Shown: piece after piece, positions 56,205 through 64,000 of the stretch
Layout: the number at the start of each line of letters is the position of its first letter
How positions within the stretch are numbered: position 1 is the stretch's first letter
Virus record (IMG/VR): IMGVR_UViG_3300033049_000033
Location: 1-64,000 of that record
Strand: one strand, 5' to 3'
Length of the DNA stretch: 64,000 nucleotides
DNA from: a virus
Lineage: Duplodnaviria > Heunggongvirae > Uroviricota > Caudoviricetes
Program-made: the position numbers and the translations under genes
Notes under the pieces: model-generated
The model's database searches: none
What the model was told of the DNA's origin: nothing
Seen by the model: the letters and a program-made list of their open reading frames with translations, nothing else

Positions 56205-56710
56205 TTAAAAGTCAATTTGGTCACATTTTATATACCTATTGACGTATGAGCATAGTGGTTGAAGATTAGTATAATGATTCAGTCTGATTACATCTTCTTC
56301 TGATGTTGCTGACGAAATTGGTATTATATGGTCAATATCCCAACCATAGTTCAGTTCACCATTATATAAGCCCCTATTATCCCAGTTCATCCATGATTCA
56401 AAGTTAGATTCCAAATGTAGCTTAAATTCTTCAATTGTGCAACCTAAAATCTCATATGTAGTAGATTTTTTTGTATAATTATACATTCTAAATATATTAC
56501 CAATCATTCTCTTAACTTTTCTTTTTAGTAAATAAATTGGGTCGTTGAGACTCTTGGTTTTATTCCAAGAAGACCTACTTTTACTAATCTTATTCTATCT
56601 GACATAACAATATCATTAGTTAAACAATATTTTTTATATTGTTTTCTCATTATTTTTTCCATTAAGAATGTGATTCGAACTGGTTCTGCCTTAAATTTCC
56701 GTATATTCAT
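56205..56710 (-). pseudogene. decayed HNH homing endonuclease (paralog 5, frameshifted)
   Basis: 100-aa C-terminal ORF (56205-56507) retains GCTIEEFKLHLESNFESWMNWDNRG...WDIDHIIPISSA...NLQPLC; upstream DPIYLLKRKVKR continues in frame without a start; the repeat-like segment MRKQYKKYC (56525-56710) is in another frame; A/T homopolymer runs. Confidence 0.6.
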
Positions 56711-56796
56711 ATATATGAAACTTTAGTAAAAAGTCAATAATGTTTGGAAATGTAAATATTTTTACTATCTTTGTTTCAATATTAAAACAACAACTA

Positions 56797-57516
56797 ATGA
56801 AAAAGACAAAGACTCCAACTGGTTATGTGATATATAAAGGGCCATCACAGCTTAACGGTAAAGAAATAGTCGCTATTGTTACCATGAAATCGACTAATAT
56901 AAAAACGGGTAACATGGCTCAATTGTGGATATTATTAGAAGGTCTGAACCCTGTTGAGGCAAGCCAAACCAAAGCTGATGATGCTATTTGTGGTTCGTGT
57001 CAATTTAGGCAATCTTTAGGTGGTGCTTGTTATGTGAATATCGGACAAGCACCAGGTATTATCTTTAGAGCCTATAATAAGGGTAACTATCCATTTGCTC
57101 ACGATTATAGTGTTTTTGAAGGTAAAAGTATGCGATTTGGTGCTTATGGCGACCCTGCGGCAATTCCTTTGGATATTCTAACTAAGTTGAAAGCGGTTGT
57201 TACTAATAACACTTCATACACACACCAATGGAAAAATAACGATAATAAAGCATTGAAAGATGTATCAATGGCAAGTGTTGACAACCTATTAGAAGCTGAA
57301 CAAGCCAAAGAAAGAGGTTATAGGTGGTTCAGGGTAACTAATGACATTGAAACGCTTAGAAGCGATGAAATAATTTGCCCTAACTATACAAGTAACGTAC
57401 AATGCAAAGATTGTAAGTTATGTAGTGGCAATGGTGCGAAGGGTGCAAAGTCTATTGTAATACCAAGTCACGGCTCATGGAAAGGTAGGTTTACGGAAGT
57501 AACAAGTCACGCTTAA
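56797..57516 (+). CDS. hypothetical protein
   Basis: about 239 aa from MKKTKTPTGY after a TATCTTTG promoter; several Cys (CGSCQ, CKDCKLCSG). Confidence 0.45.
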   Translation: MKKTKTPTGYVIYKGPSQLNGKEIVAIVTMKSTNIKTGNMAQLWILLEGLNPVEASQTKADDAICGSCQFRQSLGGACYVNIGQAPGIIFRAYNKGNYPFAHDYSVFEGKSMRFGAYGDPAAIPLDILTKLKAVVTNNTSYTHQWKNNDNKALKDVSMASVDNLLEAEQAKERGYRWFRVTNDIETLRSDEIICPNYTSNVQCKDCKLCSGNGAKGAKSIVIPSHGSWKGRFTEVTSHA

Positions 57517-58174
57517 CGTATCTATTAACATAACTACATAACGGTTGGAGATTGTTGAACTTGTTAAGGTTCAATACTTCTTCTTCTGTTATTGCGGAGC
57601 TACTAGGTATTATGTGGTCAATATCCCATGTCTTATCAGGCTCTACGATACCATCTTTAGGGTTACCATAATTATCCCAATTCATCCAATCCTCCCATTG
57701 TGATTCGATATGTGATTTGAATTCATCGAATGAACACCCCAATATTTCGTGGGCTTTAGATTTTTTAGTATAACCGCCTTCAACTATTTTAAGGCGTATT
57801 AGGCTCCTGACGTTTTTACTTAACCTATATAGTGGGTCGTGTTTCCTTTCATGGTATCGCTTTAAGTTGTATTGTAACTTAGCGGTTTTATTCTCTACAT
57901 ATCGATTGCGGTCTTTTCCCCTCATCCAATCTCGATTATCTTCTCTATATTGCTTATGGTATTCAGTCCTAACGTCTATATTATCTTGATAATACTTAGC
58001 ATTCTGTTGACTTATTCTATCCTTCATACATAATTTACAATGGTATTTGTATCCGTCTGGCGTATTTTTATTCTTATAGAATTCGTTAAGTGGTTTTTCT
58101 ATTTCACATTTACTACATATCTTCATGGTTAGTCTTTTATATAAATAGTGATGAATGTATGAAAGTCTTCCCAC
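57491..58174 (-). CDS. HNH homing endonuclease (paralog 6) with N-terminal zinc ribbon
   Basis: CSKCEIEKP...YHCKLCMKDR; GCSFDEFKSHIESQWEDWMNWDNYG...WDIDHIIPSSSA...NLQPLC. Confidence 0.8.
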   Translation of the reverse strand: MGRLSYIHHYLYKRLTMKICSKCEIEKPLNEFYKNKNTPDGYKYHCKLCMKDRISQQNAKYYQDNIDVRTEYHKQYREDNRDWMRGKDRNRYVENKTAKLQYNLKRYHERKHDPLYRLSKNVRSLIRLKIVEGGYTKKSKAHEILGCSFDEFKSHIESQWEDWMNWDNYGNPKDGIVEPDKTWDIDHIIPSSSAITEEEVLNLNKFNNLQPLCSYVNRYVKRDLLLP

Positions 58175-58232
58175 ACATGGAAGTAATTAAAGAAAATTTG
58201 TATAAGTCGATTTAATTACTTATCTTTACGCT

Positions 58233-58502
58233 ATGAGTAAAGAAAGAAGTATATTCCATTTACATCGATACACACCTATTGTATCGATGTATTGGACTTT
58301 TAGTACCCGTAAAATCATTTATGAGTGTCAATGTGGTAAGCGTGAGGTTAGACAAGTCTATCGTAATTTTGGAGATGAATTTCCGATAGATACAGCCATA
58401 ATGTTAAGTAATACCGACTTTAACGCAATATTAAATGGTGAAGAGTATGAGTATCTTAGCGAGCATATGGTAATTTTGAAAAAATATTTGATTAAGGACT
58501 AA
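58233..58502 (+). CDS. hypothetical protein
   Basis: 89 aa ORF after a hybrid promoter. Confidence 0.4.
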   Translation: MSKERSIFHLHRYTPIVSMYWTFSTRKIIYECQCGKREVRQVYRNFGDEFPIDTAIMLSNTDFNAILNGEEYEYLSEHMVILKKYLIKD

Positions 58503-58582
58503 TACCTACGCATGGTTCATGGTCGAAACGATTTGATGAGGAAAAAGTTGCATAAGTCAAATTAATTACTTATCATTGTACT

Positions 58583-58894
58583 ATGGAAACAAAATACGAA
58601 CAAGTTGAGGTAATAGTGGATAGTATGATAGATGACCTAAAGATGGTTACTAAGGTACTATGTACCGATGAGGACTTTGATAAGTGTGAAGATGAGGCAT
58701 ACGAAGTCCCACGATATATTACTGCTGATAAACACGGGTTTCATTTGGAGTACGCTATGCTATCTATTGAACATGGCGGTACGATTAAGTGTAAGGCTCT
58801 TGGTGAGGACTTCGGTGAGGAACTTTCACTTACCGTTAATGAATTAAGTTGGGGTGAGATTATTGAATTACATAATCAAGTATTTGCCGTTTAA
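58583..58894 (+). CDS. hypothetical protein
   Basis: 103 aa acidic ORF after a GTTGCATAAGTCAAATT..TATCATTG promoter. Confidence 0.4.
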   Translation: METKYEQVEVIVDSMIDDLKMVTKVLCTDEDFDKCEDEAYEVPRYITADKHGFHLEYAMLSIEHGGTIKCKALGEDFGEELSLTVNELSWGEIIELHNQVFAV

Positions 58895-59048
58895 TTTGGT
58901 AGTGTGAATATTAATCCGTACGGCAATGGCTGAAGTGGACGTAACTCAGCAAGGATTTGTTGAAGCTATTGATACAGCCGTTACCTCTGCGGCAAATAAT
59001 TATTAATCAAAGTTTGGTGGTTACGAATTAATTACTTACCTTTACGCT

Positions 59049-59237
59049 ATGAGCGACACAATAGAAGTAGGTAGATGCAGCGAATGTGATTCAACCGAGG
59101 TTGATGAGTTGCGATGGATAAATGTCAATACTGACGATACTACGGGTAGTGGGGGTGATGGGCATAACAATGAATGGTGCAATAATTGTGGAGAATACAC
59201 AGAAATCAAATACGCAAACGAACCAATACCAAAATGA
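59049..59237 (+). CDS. small zinc-ribbon protein
   Basis: 62 aa; CSECDS...CNNCGE; paralog of the 54774 ORF. Confidence 0.4.
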   Translation: MSDTIEVGRCSECDSTEVDELRWINVNTDDTTGSGGDGHNNEWCNNCGEYTEIKYANEPIPK

Positions 59238-59485
59238 ATAAAGGAGCAGTATTATTAAGTGCGGTAGGTGAAAGCAACATTGCCGTTATCAATTGTAGGG
59301 GGCTAACCCCCGAAGAAGTGAATACTAAAGTAGTTACCGCTTTAGAGGAACATTACGATGAGGCGGTTTTGAATGTTGATTTTGATTGGGAGGAGTTCGA
59401 CAATAACTATAAGCCTGATACTATGGAGGTTGAGTTTGAAGATGGGCGAAGAAATGTAGAGGTTGAACAAACTTGGATATATTGA
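59234..59485 (+). CDS. hypothetical protein
   Basis: 83 aa from MNKGAVLL (ATGA overlap). Confidence 0.4.
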   Translation: MNKGAVLLSAVGESNIAVINCRGLTPEEVNTKVVTALEEHYDEAVLNVDFDWEEFDNNYKPDTMEVEFEDGRRNVEVEQTWIY

Positions 59486-59486
59486 G

Positions 59487-59801
59487 ATGAGCAGAGTATT
59501 ACGAAATAATTCAGACGGCTCAATTAGTCATATTAACGTAGGACATTACAATGGTAACTCGTTCTATATAACTACGGCTGACTATGCTCGTATAGTCGGG
59601 ATGGATGCCGATAATACTGAAGAATATTATCGGACTCAACATGCAGGTTGTGCCGAGGAGGACATTCAAGATTTAATTGAACGTTCAATCACTACCGAAT
59701 TTTTACTATATCGGATGGCAGTTGAAACGGGTATCACTAAAGACCCTTGTATAAGATATGATGGAGAATATCACGAAGTAATAAGACCAGAAGTGAATTA
59801 A
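59487..59801 (+). CDS. hypothetical protein
   Basis: 104 aa from MSRVLRNN. Confidence 0.4.
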   Translation: MSRVLRNNSDGSISHINVGHYNGNSFYITTADYARIVGMDADNTEEYYRTQHAGCAEEDIQDLIERSITTEFLLYRMAVETGITKDPCIRYDGEYHEVIRPEVN

Positions 59802-59855
59802 ATTTGGAAGTGTGAAATATTATGCGTAGATTTGTTTCTCACTAAAACGATAAAC

Positions 59856-60206
59856 ATGAGCGCAACCATTTACACCACACCCGAAGACATTAAAGTGCCA
59901 ACAGTAGATTTTAGCGATATGGCTAAATATCGCAAAGACGAACAACGATACATTAATGAAGTTGTATCGTGGTGTAAAAAGTATGGTAGTGGTAATCTAC
60001 GTGGAGAAGAAATTTCAATTCCACACGCTGATAGTGCTGCCTACTATGTAATACAATCACTAAGACCGTTAGTATTACTTAACCTGAACATTGGCGATGC
60101 TTGGGATAGTCCACACGCTGACCTCTTAACCGCAAAGCGCGTAAAAGAAATGGTTGAGAATAAAAAGGCTATCGAGAAATTATTCCCACCAAGACCATTA
60201 GTTTAA
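59856..60206 (+). CDS. hypothetical protein
   Basis: 116 aa from MSATIYTTP after a family-B promoter. Confidence 0.4.
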   Translation: MSATIYTTPEDIKVPTVDFSDMAKYRKDEQRYINEVVSWCKKYGSGNLRGEEISIPHADSAAYYVIQSLRPLVLLNLNIGDAWDSPHADLLTAKRVKEMVENKKAIEKLFPPRPLV

Positions 60207-60262
60207 TTTGGATATTAGAAAACTTTTACTATCTTTGTACTGAACAATTAAAATAAGAAGCA

Positions 60263-60445
60263 ATGAGCGTTAAGCTAAAGAAAGGTGAGGACATTACAAT
60301 TAATATGCCGTTCACCTATACAATTGGGGATGAAGGACCTGTATCGGGTAAGATACTGGAAACCATTGAAGATTGTGAGAATGAAGTTATACTTGAACTT
60401 CATCGTGGGGACTTTGGGGATGTTTTTTTAACCGCAGAAAAATGA
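60263..60445 (+). CDS. hypothetical protein
   Basis: 60 aa ORF. Confidence 0.35.
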   Translation: MSVKLKKGEDITINMPFTYTIGDEGPVSGKILETIEDCENEVILELHRGDFGDVFLTAEK

Positions 60446-60759
60446 AACGAACAGTATATTACATAGCAAGACGCATTAGTTCAGACGAAAGTACCATAGC
60501 TATCATAACTTGTACTATGGTATCAGATGGTGATGCTGAGACTGCTATTAAGAAAGCGGTTAAGGTGTGGGCTACAACCAAGGCATCTACCACAACTTTG
60601 AACTATACTGGTGGAGATTTCAACTACGGTGATTTGGCTATTGAGAGTAGTTCAGAATTGGTTACTTGTTTGAAAAATGTTGGCATTACTAATTTAGTGG
60701 TTCAAGTCATTTCATTGGATGGTGATACGCATAATTTCGACACAAACCTAAACGGTTAA
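60442..60759 (+). CDS. hypothetical protein
   Basis: 105 aa ORF. Confidence 0.4.
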   Translation: MKRTVYYIARRISSDESTIAIITCTMVSDGDAETAIKKAVKVWATTKASTTTLNYTGGDFNYGDLAIESSSELVTCLKNVGITNLVVQVISLDGDTHNFDTNLNG

Positions 60760-60772
60760 AAGTGTCTCATTA

Positions 60773-60810
60773 GATTTGGATATGTCATTTTAATTACTTA
60801 CCTTTACAAT
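60773..60810 (+). promoter_or_regulatory. family-B promoter TAGATTTGGATATGTCATTTTAATTACTTACCTTTAC (near-identical copy at 61404-61440)
   Basis: TTTG 60775-60778; TACCTTTA 60799-60806. Confidence 0.6.
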
Positions 60811-60816
60811 ATAAAC

Positions 60817-61137
60817 ATGAAAACATTCGGACAATTAGTATTAGCATTGGTGTTGGGAGGGCTTAACGTCTTCTTAGGAGCGCAAGTCTTCCTAACATTA
60901 TGGAGTTGGTTTATTGTAACCACGTTTAGTGAATACGGAGTTCAACCGTTACTATGGGTTGAGGCATTTGGAATCGGCTTACTGATTGCGCTGATTAAAT
61001 TCAGTGCGACTGATATAACTGATGAACAAACGAACAGAACCTATTCGCAAAATATAACGAGAGCCTTAACCGTTACATTTGTATATTTGTTGGTATTGGC
61101 TATAGGTTGGATTACCTTTCAATATATGCCAGTATGA
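60817..61137 (+). CDS. hypothetical membrane protein
   Basis: 106 aa; 3 TM helices. Confidence 0.45.
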   Translation: MKTFGQLVLALVLGGLNVFLGAQVFLTLWSWFIVTTFSEYGVQPLLWVEAFGIGLLIALIKFSATDITDEQTNRTYSQNITRALTVTFVYLLVLAIGWITFQYMPV

Positions 61138-61424
61138 TGGAGCGTTACAAATATGAGTACCACGGATGGCAGATAATTGTCTACATGAACGGGGACATCA
61201 AAATATCTCGCAACGGTGAAGATAGAACCTATGGTATAGGCGTTATTGCCAAGATTGAACAGAACAAGGAGTATGTATATCTATACTATCCTGAAGGTAA
61301 TTTTGTTCAAGTAAAATTCGAACAGGCAGACTTCTTAGTGATTGATGAGTTCAATTCAGATGGCGAGTTCGTGGATAGTATCGGCTCACACGTATTTGAA
61401 TTAGATTTGGATATGTCATTTTAA
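61134..61424 (+). CDS. hypothetical protein
   Basis: 96 aa from MMERYKYEY (ATGATG overlap). Confidence 0.4.
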   Translation: MMERYKYEYHGWQIIVYMNGDIKISRNGEDRTYGIGVIAKIEQNKEYVYLYYPEGNFVQVKFEQADFLVIDEFNSDGEFVDSIGSHVFELDLDMSF

Positions 61425-61441
61425 TTACTTACCTTTACACT

Positions 61442-61696
61442 ATGTCAAAAACAATAAGATTAACAGTTAACCTCACGTTCAGCGAAAAGGTTGTAACCGA
61501 TGAAGATATGCAAGAAATTGTAAACAACGTAGGCGAGGCTATCGACTATCAGATACAAAAGATAGGTGTTGCCCCCGAAGAAAGCGATGTACTAACCGAT
61601 GTGGTTGAAGTAATGAACCATTTTCAGGGGCTAAATACCATAAATCATTCAATCTATGATAGTGGAGTATGTAAGTGTATGGGACGGTGGTTATGA
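61442..61696 (+). CDS. hypothetical protein
   Basis: 84 aa ORF. Confidence 0.4.
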   Translation: MSKTIRLTVNLTFSEKVVTDEDMQEIVNNVGEAIDYQIQKIGVAPEESDVLTDVVEVMNHFQGLNTINHSIYDSGVCKCMGRWL

Positions 61697-61980
61697 AGTT
61701 AGAAGCTATTGCGACTATGACCCCGAAACAACAATAGTTAGCAATATCGAACAAGTTGATGTTGAAGAGAAATTGACAAATTATTTGGAGATATGAAAAA
61801 TAATACCTATATTTGTTTTATCAAGTTGGCAATATTGCTATGAACATCTAAAGATTAGAAATTATCGGACAAAGACATCAACTTTTCATTAAAATTGCCA
61901 ATCCAGTTAAGAATGACATCTTTAGGAATGAAGATTTAACAAGAGCCAATAAGATATTTGGTAAAGGTAAATTCACAGTT

Positions 61981-62607
61981 TTGGCGTTTCACCACCAATG
62001 GTTATATGGTCAATCTGCTGTTGTTAATGTGATTGAGACACTTAAAAAGTGTAATCCTGAAACCGCCACAAGTTATTCACCATTTGCAGTAGATGGTTGG
62101 AATGGAGATTTAGATACGTGGTTGAAGCAAGTTACGGCTATCATTTCCGTACAAACCAATCCGCTACACCCAAGAGGTATCGGGTACGAGGGGTTTTGGA
62201 TGCTGAATGAATCAGACCCAACCATGAGAACTCATTGTGATTATGGCGATAACAACGATGGAATTACGGTGATTGATGCTATTGAGCAAAAGTATTGCAT
62301 GATGAACATCTACGATGAAGACCATGAGTATATCCATATTTCCAATTTACCTAAGTTATACCCGTCAGATACAAGGTCGTACTTAAAATTGTATTACCCC
62401 GAAATGATGGTTAATTGTAAAGACTATTATAGTCATCGTAAGTTTTCAGATGAAAAGATAAAAGAACTGGTAAAGACTAATGTTCAAGACAATGGCAAAT
62501 TAAATGTCATTACGAATAAATACGATGTTTTGACATTACCTGAATTGAAAAAGATTTTTCCTGCAATGAGAAAACAGTTCGCAGAATCAAAACTGTTAGT
62601 GTCCTAA
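61981..62607 (+). CDS. hypothetical protein
   Basis: 208 aa ORF. Confidence 0.45.
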   Translation: MAFHHQWLYGQSAVVNVIETLKKCNPETATSYSPFAVDGWNGDLDTWLKQVTAIISVQTNPLHPRGIGYEGFWMLNESDPTMRTHCDYGDNNDGITVIDAIEQKYCMMNIYDEDHEYIHISNLPKLYPSDTRSYLKLYYPEMMVNCKDYYSHRKFSDEKIKELVKTNVQDNGKLNVITNKYDVLTLPELKKIFPAMRKQFAESKLLVS

Positions 62608-62623
62608 GCAACCACTATTTATT

Positions 62624-62833
62624 ATGGAAATTGGCGATAAAATTATTTGGTCAGACCATTATGGTTATGATGTGGGTTGGCTTAGTAGTCAGAATAACAC
62701 TGAGGCTTCATTTAAGCTCATTACAGGCACTCGAAAGGGTGCAACGGTGTCCAAACCTATTGAACAAGTAGAAGGGTTCACAGAGGAGAACTATGAGCGC
62801 CATTCAAAAAGATTTGGGGAAAAGATTTGGTAG
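62624..62833 (+). CDS. hypothetical protein
   Basis: 69 aa ORF. Confidence 0.4.
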   Translation: MEIGDKIIWSDHYGYDVGWLSSQNNTEASFKLITGTRKGATVSKPIEQVEGFTEENYERHSKRFGEKIW

Positions 62834-62861
62834 TGTGGATTTAATTGCTTAGATTTGTTTC

Positions 62862-63005
62862 ATGATACTACGATTCAGAATACATTACGATGATTCTTCA
62901 TATTGCTGCCCCGATTGCGGTAAGCCTTGCGAAGAGTGTACACCTATTGATTGGGGCTACGATTGTCCCGATTGTGACATTCATTTTGAAACACCTGACG
63001 TATGA
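62862..63005 (+). CDS. small zinc-ribbon protein (47 aa)
   Basis: MILRFRIHYDDSSYCCPDCGKPCEECTPIDWGYDCPDCDIHFETPDV; below the 60-aa track cutoff. Confidence 0.35.
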   Translation: MILRFRIHYDDSSYCCPDCGKPCEECTPIDWGYDCPDCDIHFETPDV

Positions 63006-63184
63006 CACAGAACGAGAAAGCGGTAATCAGACTTAATAGTATTGACATTCCAGCCTTTGAGGATAACGATACCGTATATATAACGGTTGAGGAGACTAAT
63101 TTAGAGATTGCGATATACGAAATTGAACACCAAGCAACGAGATTTAACGAGTGTATTAAAGAAGACCCAACTTATTTTGGATAA
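63002..63184 (+). CDS. hypothetical protein
   Basis: 60 aa ORF. Confidence 0.35.
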   Translation: MTQNEKAVIRLNSIDIPAFEDNDTVYITVEETNLEIAIYEIEHQATRFNECIKEDPTYFG

Positions 63185-63222
63185 TATTTGGTAGTTACGA
63201 ATTAATTACTTAGCTTTACACT

Positions 63223-63699
63223 ATGACAAACTACAAGATTAAATGGGAGATAGACATCGAGGCAACGAGCCACGAAGAAGCAGCTAAAAAAGCATTAGAA
63301 CTCCAAAAGGACGATTCATCGTTAGCGACTATCTTTTCGGTAACAGACATGAATGGTTACTGTAAAGAAATCGATGTTCAGATTCAAGATGAAATGATTG
63401 ACCATATTGGCAACATCAAGCGTATCATTGGTAGGTATGGTTATTTTACTACCTTTGATGTTGAGGCTGATAGTTCACCATCGATTAATAGTATAGGTAA
63501 TGTGATGCAATTGGCTGAATGTTTCTATCTTGACTACGCTACTTGTACTACATATATCGGTAGTAGGGAAGAGAGCGAAGAAGATTTAACCTATGAGCAG
63601 TTAGGTTCGGTTGACCCATTTATCGTAGAACATATCTCTTCATTAGCTGACGATTGGGAAGCGGAAAGTCTTAGAACGGAGAAAAGAATTGCTAATTAA
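63223..63699 (+). CDS. hypothetical protein
   Basis: 158 aa acidic ORF. Confidence 0.45.
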   Translation: MTNYKIKWEIDIEATSHEEAAKKALELQKDDSSLATIFSVTDMNGYCKEIDVQIQDEMIDHIGNIKRIIGRYGYFTTFDVEADSSPSINSIGNVMQLAECFYLDYATCTTYIGSREESEEDLTYEQLGSVDPFIVEHISSLADDWEAESLRTEKRIAN

Positions 63700-63757
63700 T
63701 TTGGTAGTTACAAATAAGTTACCTATATTTGTTTCACACTAACGAAAACTATAAGAC

Positions 63758-64000
63758 ATGGCATTAGAATTGAGGAAGGTTAAAATACATAATGATATGA
63801 GCGAAGAAACTACGTGTTTCTCTGCTGAAATGTGGGAGAATGGCGTTCATATCGGCTATGTTAAAAATGATGGTCGTGGTGGGTGCGATAACATTACTCC
63901 TACTAAGGATAATGCTAAATTGGCGTATAGCTACGAAGAGGACTATCGTAAGGACTATAACTATGAGAACTTTCCCATTGCGCATTTGCTCGATGAATGG
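63758..64000 (+). CDS. hypothetical protein (5' part, runs off the window end)
   Basis: ATG at 63758 directly after a family-B promoter and the conserved leader CTATAAGACATGG; open to the window end; preferred over the antisense 63764-63985 ORF. Confidence 0.45.
   Translation, partial: MALELRKVKIHNDMSEETTCFSAEMWENGVHIGYVKNDGRGGCDNITPTKDNAKLAYSYEEDYRKDYNYENFPIAHLLDEW

Noticed and set aside
63764-63985. Minus-strand 73-aa ORF at the window end
   Set aside because: It is antisense to a + strand ORF that starts right after a family-B promoter and the conserved leader and stays open to the window end, and all other genes here are on the + strand.
1-64000. CRISPR array, rRNA or integrated-element boundaries
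   Set aside because: No spaced direct-repeat array, no rRNA-like conserved segments and no attL/attR-like long direct repeats were seen. The repeats present are promoters, palindromes and short tandem duplications.

Overview
This 64 kb window looks like a non-structural (early/middle, host-takeover type) segment of a large lytic phage of a Bacteroidetes (Flavobacteriia-like) host. The evidence is low GC, almost all genes co-directional on the + strand with ATGA/TAATG start-stop overlaps, no Shine-Dalgarno sequences, and dozens of Bacteroidetes-type promoters (TTTG-N19-21-TAnnTTTG) in two sequence families. Recognisable genes are an HD-domain YfbR-like phosphohydrolase, a sigma-70 family sigma factor, a minimal HisRS-like class II aaRS core, a GIY-YIG homing endonuclease, a zinc-less Sir2 protein, an ATP-dependent DNA ligase, a small HAD phosphatase, a tyrosine recombinase, an SPFH/flotillin protein, a peptide deformylase with a SEC-C tail, a LemA-like protein and a c-type cytochrome. 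A T4 Rnl1-type RNA ligase is encoded in two pieces joined by a naturally split intein, with a free-standing Vsr-like homing endonuclease gene between the halves. The only sizeable minus-strand genes are six paralogous HNH homing endonucleases, one of them decayed, plus two small ribbon-helix-helix genes. The most unusual content is a tandem, translationally coupled array of at least 11-15 diverged paralogs with BspA/LRR_5-like repeats (28.5-35.4 kb and 40.3-42.1 kb). Other points of note are a cytochrome-c/HNH cassette bounded by an 18-bp palindrome and a duplicated promoter, the adjacent mini-HisRS and Sir2 pair, and an RNA/DNA-end repair gene set. No rRNA, tRNA or CRISPR array was found. Most of the roughly 100 small ORFs have no recognisable function.
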